Below are positions 59,623 to 64,000 of a stretch of 64,000 bases of DNA, piece after piece. The stretch spans positions 3,629 to 67,628 of the forward strand of contig JBMFIF010000003.1 in NCBI GenBank assembly GCA_049976445.1, given 5' to 3'. The translations under genes were made by a program, and so were the position numbers. Source of the stretch: Thermoprotei archaeon. Lineage in GTDB: Archaea > Thermoproteota > Thermoprotei > Gearchaeales > WAQG01. The notes below the pieces were generated by a model. That model was not told the origin of the DNA. It searched no databases and worked only from the letters and a program-made list of their open reading frames with translations. Numbering within the stretch: position 1 is the stretch's first letter; every line of letters starts with the position of its first letter.

Positions 59623-60799
59623 AAAAATTAATGGTGAATATTCTCACATTAAAAATATCATCAAAGTAGTAATATTTATTGATAAGTTAAAAAAGATTAG
59701 CATGAAGAATAACGAGAATATATTATTAGGTAAAATAAACGATAATGGACCATTATTTTATATTTCGAAAAATGATTTAATAAATCATATTGGTATTTTT
59801 GGTCTTAGTGGATTTGGTAAGACGACTACTTGCATGAGAGTATTAGAAGGATTAGCTAGCAATGGATATAAAATACTAGTCTTTGATTGGCATGGCGAAT
59901 ATGAACGATTTATTAAAAGTATTGACGGATATTCTATAAAGCTCGGCGTAGATGATTATGGTATAAATCCTCTCATGGTAATGATTAATAATGATATCGG
60001 TGAACATGTTGGCTTTCTTACTGATATGTTTACTGAAGCATTTCAATTATCTATGCCACAATCTTATGTTTTAAGGAAAATTTTGCTTGAGATTATATCT
60101 AAAAGCAATATACAAGGTCTTACTATTAACAGAATAATTGAGGAATTGTCTTCTAAAAAAGGTCAATACGTGTCTAATTATGAGATAGAAATTAGGATGG
60201 CGTTACTTAGAAGATTAGAACCATTAAATTATGGCGTAAGTAAAAGTATTTTTAATGCTACGAAAGTGCTTAGTGCAAATGAATTGTTAAGCAGTAACAT
60301 CTCTATAAATTTCAAAAATTTATCTGAGGAAGGGTTAAAGAGAATTGTTGCCTATACTATAATGAGAATACTTTATTCTCATGCTGTGAAATATAGTTTA
60401 GAGAAAACTGTCGTTGTTCTTGAAGAAGCTAGAAATATTATACCACAACGAAGATATGGGGATCCTCCATTATTAGGTGAAAAAATGGTCTCTGAGCTCA
60501 GAAAACATGGTGTAACGATGATAATAATAACGCAATTACCATCACAGATTTCCTACGAAATCGTAAGGTCACTTTCTTTGATAATACTGCACAGAATAAA
60601 TTCATTTGAAGAAATTCTTAATGTAACAGGATTACAAAGTATTTTAACGGAAACTACTGAGGTTACAAAGAAAGCAAGAACTTTAAATAAAGGTGAAGCA
60701 TTAATATTTTTACCATCAGAAAATACATATTACAAAGTCTCAATATTAAAATCTAATTTAATGAGTAATGATATAAATAATGAGATCATAATATCATGA
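59600..60799 (+). CDS. HerA/VirB4/FtsK-superfamily ATPase (DUF87-like AAA-like domain)
   Basis: Walker A IFGLSGFGKTTT, Walker B VVVLEEARN and a downstream IIITQLP (Q-motif) in HerA/VirB4-like order. Only ~400 aa. Overlaps the upstream gene by 23 nt. Confidence 0.6.
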   Translation: MNSQYHSKKINGEYSHIKNIIKVVIFIDKLKKISMKNNENILLGKINDNGPLFYISKNDLINHIGIFGLSGFGKTTTCMRVLEGLASNGYKILVFDWHGEYERFIKSIDGYSIKLGVDDYGINPLMVMINNDIGEHVGFLTDMFTEAFQLSMPQSYVLRKILLEIISKSNIQGLTINRIIEELSSKKGQYVSNYEIEIRMALLRRLEPLNYGVSKSIFNATKVLSANELLSSNISINFKNLSEEGLKRIVAYTIMRILYSHAVKYSLEKTVVVLEEARNIIPQRRYGDPPLLGEKMVSELRKHGVTMIIITQLPSQISYEIVRSLSLIILHRINSFEEILNVTGLQSILTETTEVTKKARTLNKGEALIFLPSENTYYKVSILKSNLMSNDINNEIIIS

Positions 60800-60813
60800 T
60801 GAAAGATGAAATC

Positions 60814-61383
60814 CTATCTATTTTTAGATAAATAACCTAAAAGTTCTTCTAAATCTTTATTATTCAAAAGTGTTAACCAGTCTATTTCTTGATTTTTAAT
60901 TATTTTTTTACTGGCAGATATTATAAATTGTTCTATCTCGTTAAACTTTTTATCTGTAACATCCAATTCAAAGACTTTATCATGAAATCTTCTGTAAGCG
61001 TCAGAAGCACATATTCCTAAAAGCTCCGCCTCTACATTTTCTGCTATCTTTTTTTCGCTATATTCCCGTAATTTAAGTATGTTAAGTAATTTTATTGGAT
61101 TTAATCTGAAAACTATTACTAGATCAATATTTTTGGGAACTGTATCAACTATGTGAGTATCGATTATAGCATTATTCTTTCCTTTCAAAAGATTACGTAT
61201 TTTATATTTTACTTTCTCAATATCTATGATATAAGAATTTCTGCTATTATCGTATTCTAAAAATAGGTTATGTTTTTTAGCCAAATCGTTTACATTAATA
61301 TAATAATAATCATATGTTTCAGAAAAATAAAGAGAAAAAGTTGTTTTTCCAGTTCCTGGGGTTCCTGTTATTAATATACGCAT
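60814..61383 (-). CDS. adenylate-kinase-like nucleotide kinase (Fap7/AK6-type, COG1936)
   Basis: MRILITGTPGTGKTT P-loop at the N-terminus, ~185 aa. Starts immediately after the thermosome stop. Confidence 0.7.
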   Translation of the reverse strand: MRILITGTPGTGKTTFSLYFSETYDYYYINVNDLAKKHNLFLEYDNSRNSYIIDIEKVKYKIRNLLKGKNNAIIDTHIVDTVPKNIDLVIVFRLNPIKLLNILKLREYSEKKIAENVEAELLGICASDAYRRFHDKVFELDVTDKKFNEIEQFIISASKKIIKNQEIDWLTLLNNKDLEELLGYLSKNR

Positions 61384-63036
61384 TTAGTCTTTTTCCTCTT
61401 CTTCCTTCTTCTCTTTCTCTGGTCCTTTTTCAGCTTTGCTTATCTTGGAAGCTGCTATTATATCATCGATCCTAAGAATTGTCGCTGCTGCTTCAGTTGC
61501 AGAGCTTATTGCTTGTATCTTAACTGATGCTGGTTCAATAACACCTTGTTTCTCCATATCATCAATTTTACCTGTGAATCCATTGATTCCGTATGATACT
61601 TTACCTTGCTCGTGTACTGATTTTAGTTCCGCTAATGCATCTATCGGATCACCACCAGCATTTTCAGCAAGAGCCCTTGGAATTGCTTCTACTCCTTTTG
61701 CAAATGCTTCAATTGCTAATTGTTCTCGTCCACCGACTGTAGATGCATATTTTCTTAATGCTTTACTTATTTCAACCTCTATAGCTCCGCCACCATATAC
61801 AACTCTTGGATCTTCTATTACATCTGATACTACACTTAATGCATCAATTATTGATCTTTCTGCTTCGTCTACTAATCTTTCAAGTCCACCTCTTATCAAT
61901 ATACTTACTGATTTTGGATTCTTGCAACCTTCTACGAATACCATTTTGTCACCTGCAACTCTTCGTTCTTCCACTAATGCTGCTTCTCCTAAATCTTCTG
62001 ATGTTAAATCTTCAATGTTTGTGACTATTTTGCCACCTGTGGCAAGGGCTAATTTCTCCATATCAGATTTCTTTACTCGTCGTACAGCTAAAATTCCTGC
62101 CTTAGCTAAATAGTGTTGTGCAATATCATCAATGCCTTTTTGACAGAAGACAACATTAGCACCAACAGACTTTATTTTTTCTACCATGTTTTTTAGCATT
62201 CGTTCTTCTTCATCTAGGAATGCTTTCATTTGTTCTGGATTTGATATTCTGATTTCTGCATCAATCTCAGTTTTTTCTATTTCTAATGGTGCATCTATTA
62301 ACGCGATCTTCGCATTAGTAACTTTCTTAGGCATGCCTGGATGTACAACTTCTTTATCAACTATTACTCCATAAACTAATGCTGTGTCTAATAATCCTCC
62401 ACCCTGTTTTTTGATCAGTTGTATCTTATTTATATCAGCAACCCTCTTTCCATTTCGTTCCTCTGTTATCGCTTTAACAGCTTTTACACATATATCTGCA
62501 AGATGTTCTTTAACTGAGGAAACCGATTTACCGTGTATTGATGTTAACGCTACCTTCTTAAGCATTTCGTCATCATCAATATTCACTTTTATCGCTAATG
62601 AATCAATGATTTCTCTAGCTCTGATTTCAGCCTTTCTGTACCCACTAACTATGACTGTCGGATGCACATTTTTGTCAATGAGCTCTTCGGCTTCTTTTAA
62701 CAGTTGACCTGCTATCACAACTGAAGTTGTTGTACCATCTCCAACCTCGTCATCCTGAGTTTTTGCAATCTGAACTAATAATTTTGCTGCAGGATGTTGA
62801 ACTTCTATTTCATTGAGTATTGTAGCGCCATCATTTGTAATAGTTATATCACCAATTGTATCAATAAGCATTTTATCCATACCTCTAGGTCCTAATGATG
62901 ATTTTACAGTTTCTGCTACTGCCATTGCAGCAGTTATGTTAGCTCGTAGTGCATCATAACCAGTTGTCCTTTGCGTTCCTTCTTTGAGTATTAATACAGG
63001 AACCGTTGATGTACCACCTGAAGGCACGCTTACCAT
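61384..63036 (-). CDS. ths: thermosome subunit (group II chaperonin)
   Basis: [13 protein letters not shown]...ITNDGATIL...GDGTTT equatorial ATP-binding motifs, apical domain and a charged [10 protein letters not shown] tail. Confidence 0.9.
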   Translation of the reverse strand: MVSVPSGGTSTVPVLILKEGTQRTTGYDALRANITAAMAVAETVKSSLGPRGMDKMLIDTIGDITITNDGATILNEIEVQHPAAKLLVQIAKTQDDEVGDGTTTSVVIAGQLLKEAEELIDKNVHPTVIVSGYRKAEIRAREIIDSLAIKVNIDDDEMLKKVALTSIHGKSVSSVKEHLADICVKAVKAITEERNGKRVADINKIQLIKKQGGGLLDTALVYGVIVDKEVVHPGMPKKVTNAKIALIDAPLEIEKTEIDAEIRISNPEQMKAFLDEEERMLKNMVEKIKSVGANVVFCQKGIDDIAQHYLAKAGILAVRRVKKSDMEKLALATGGKIVTNIEDLTSEDLGEAALVEERRVAGDKMVFVEGCKNPKSVSILIRGGLERLVDEAERSIIDALSVVSDVIEDPRVVYGGGAIEVEISKALRKYASTVGGREQLAIEAFAKGVEAIPRALAENAGGDPIDALAELKSVHEQGKVSYGINGFTGKIDDMEKQGVIEPASVKIQAISSATEAAATILRIDDIIAASKISKAEKGPEKEKKEEEEKD

Positions 63037-63040
63037 AGAA

Positions 63041-63072
63041 TCCTCACCCCAGCTAACTTTTAAATAAAAAAG
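63041..63072 (-). promoter_or_regulatory. thermosome promoter/leader: TATA-like box and Shine-Dalgarno
   Basis: On the minus strand upstream of the ATG at 63036: TTTTTTATTTAAAAG (A/T box about 25-35 nt upstream) and GGTGAGG 5 nt before the ATG. Confidence 0.35.
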
Positions 63073-63129
63073 CTGAATATAAGCTTAATCTAACATAATA
63101 CCAATACTAATACTAGAAAAAATTCAAAG

Positions 63130-64000
63130 GTATAATGAATAATAATGAATACAAACTAATTGTGAGCTACTCCTCGATTGAAGTCGGGAGCTTTCTGCTT
63201 CACAACCCCACCTTGCCCATAGCATAAAGCTATAGGTATTGGGCGGAGCTTCACAGGCACCAAGGCCGGCACCCAACCCGCCAACCTCAAAACATTCAAA
63301 GCAGCGTATAATCACGATCAACACACCAACCACACACAGGACAAGAAAAGATATGATCTGCAAGAGTTAAATCCTCCCTAACATAACCACACCTAGCACA
63401 CGTCTTAAAAGTATCCTTAGGATCCACTATTATGAACTGCTTGCCATACTTCTCCACCTGATAACGAATGATTTCTTTAAGCTCATCAAAAGCAACATCG
63501 TACGCCTGCGATACGCCCTCCCAACCAATTCCTTAACCTTTATGTTCTCCATCACAACCACATCATAGTGTTCAGCAAACCATTTACCGAGCCTCATGTA
63601 GAGGTCATGCCTCAAATTCTTTAAGTGTTCATAAGCCCTAGCCAGCCTAACCTTCGCCTTGAACCAGTTCTTCGAGAGGAACTTCTTGCGTGAGAGAGCT
63701 CTATGAAGCCTCCTCATCTTCTTCAATGCTCTCTTGTAGGGTCTTAAGTTGGGGAAGTATTGGCCGTCGCTTGTCGTGATGAGCTTCTCAATACCAACAT
63801 CTATCCCGACGACTTTGCCAGTCTTCGGGAGTTGTGGGAACTCGTAATTCTCAACGATGAGGGATATGTAGATTTTCTCTGCTTTTGTGAGTTTAACGAT
63901 TACTCGTTTGACCTTGTTTAGTGGGAGTTCTCTGTGCACTATTACCTTGAAAGTCCCCAGTTTTGAGAGTTTTAAGTGTGTTGTTTTTTGGTTTTTGCCT
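63130..64000 (-). mobile_element. IS200/IS605-family insertion (tnpB-only type), partial. Extends beyond the window end
   Basis: GC rises abruptly from ~30% to ~47-60% at about 63150. Encodes the TnpB C-terminal half and a structured, GC-rich ~170-nt right end after the tnpB stop. Confidence 0.7.
63296..64000 (-). pseudogene. tnpB: tnpB (IS605 OrfB-family), 5'-truncated by the window edge and frameshifted near 63.53 kb
   Basis: Frame A (63430..63939) gives GIDVGI...[22 protein letters not shown] (RuvC-like). Frame B (63296..63532) gives ...[62 protein letters not shown] (RuvC-III and zinc finger). The two parts are in different frames. Confidence 0.65.

Noticed and set aside
61436-62707. Several long plus-strand ORFs (61436..62113, 61806..62024, 62186..62374, 62384..62707) inside the thermosome gene region
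   Set aside because: They are antisense to a very strongly supported thermosome CDS. Their low-complexity S/A/L-rich translations are typical of frames opposite a GC-skewed gene.
63124-63363. 79-aa minus-strand ORF across the IS right end
   Set aside because: This frame runs through the TnpB zinc-finger region and the structured right end. The real coding frame there is the TnpB C-terminus. The rest is likely non-coding RNA-like sequence.
1-64000. Search for CRISPR arrays, rRNA genes or large tandem repeats
   Set aside because: Reading through all intergenic regions, I saw no regularly spaced direct repeats of 24-40 nt and no rRNA-like GC-rich blocks. The only GC-rich non-tRNA blocks are the IS end (63.1-64.0 kb) and the G/T-skewed spacer at 25.3-25.7 kb.

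Overview
This is an AT-rich archaeal chromosomal segment, about 30-33% GC by spot counts, with genes packed tightly on both strands. Gene content points to a thermophilic crenarchaeon of the Sulfolobales type. The supporting features are L38e, a SmAP3-like Sm protein, a TFE-beta-like 4-Cys winged-helix protein, an archaeosine TGT without a fused PUA domain, a tRNA gene with a non-canonical insertion, the thermosome, FBP aldolase/phosphatase, G1P dehydrogenase and ADP-forming acetyl-CoA synthetase paralogs. This assignment is inference from sequence only.

Most of the window encodes information processing and central metabolism. The supported genes are:
- proteasome beta subunit, aCPSF1 and aCPSF2;
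- Sm/L37e, S8e, SRP19, Gar1, TFB, TFE-alpha, MBF1 and NAC;
- the tRNA modification enzymes aTrm56, Trm1 and TGT, plus TyrRS;
- apgM, TIM, FBP aldolase/phosphatase, deoxyhypusine synthase, a PGM/PMM-family mutase, RNase HII and a thermosome subunit;
- five tRNA genes: Ala-GGC, Val-TAC, Val-GAC with a 32-nt insertion, Arg-CCG and Arg-CCT.

Two type IV filament-like loci are present. The first (45.8-49.5 kb, minus strand) is a conventional pilin / FlaI-like ATPase / FlaJ-like platform set. The second (about 53-60.8 kb) is unusual and looks Tad/Epd-like. It has an N-extended secretion ATPase, two half-size platform-like membrane proteins, an 81-aa Flp-like mini-pilin with Glu at +5, coiled-coil proteins and a HerA/VirB4-like DUF87 ATPase. 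Beside it sit three tiny N-anchored proteins in a very AT-rich stretch and a divergent TFB paralog. This second locus is the best candidate for an undescribed system.

The right edge of the window carries a compositionally foreign, partial IS200/IS605-family element. It consists of a frameshifted TnpB C-terminal part and a structured right end that looks like an omega-RNA, inserted next to the thermosome promoter. No CRISPR array or rRNA was seen.
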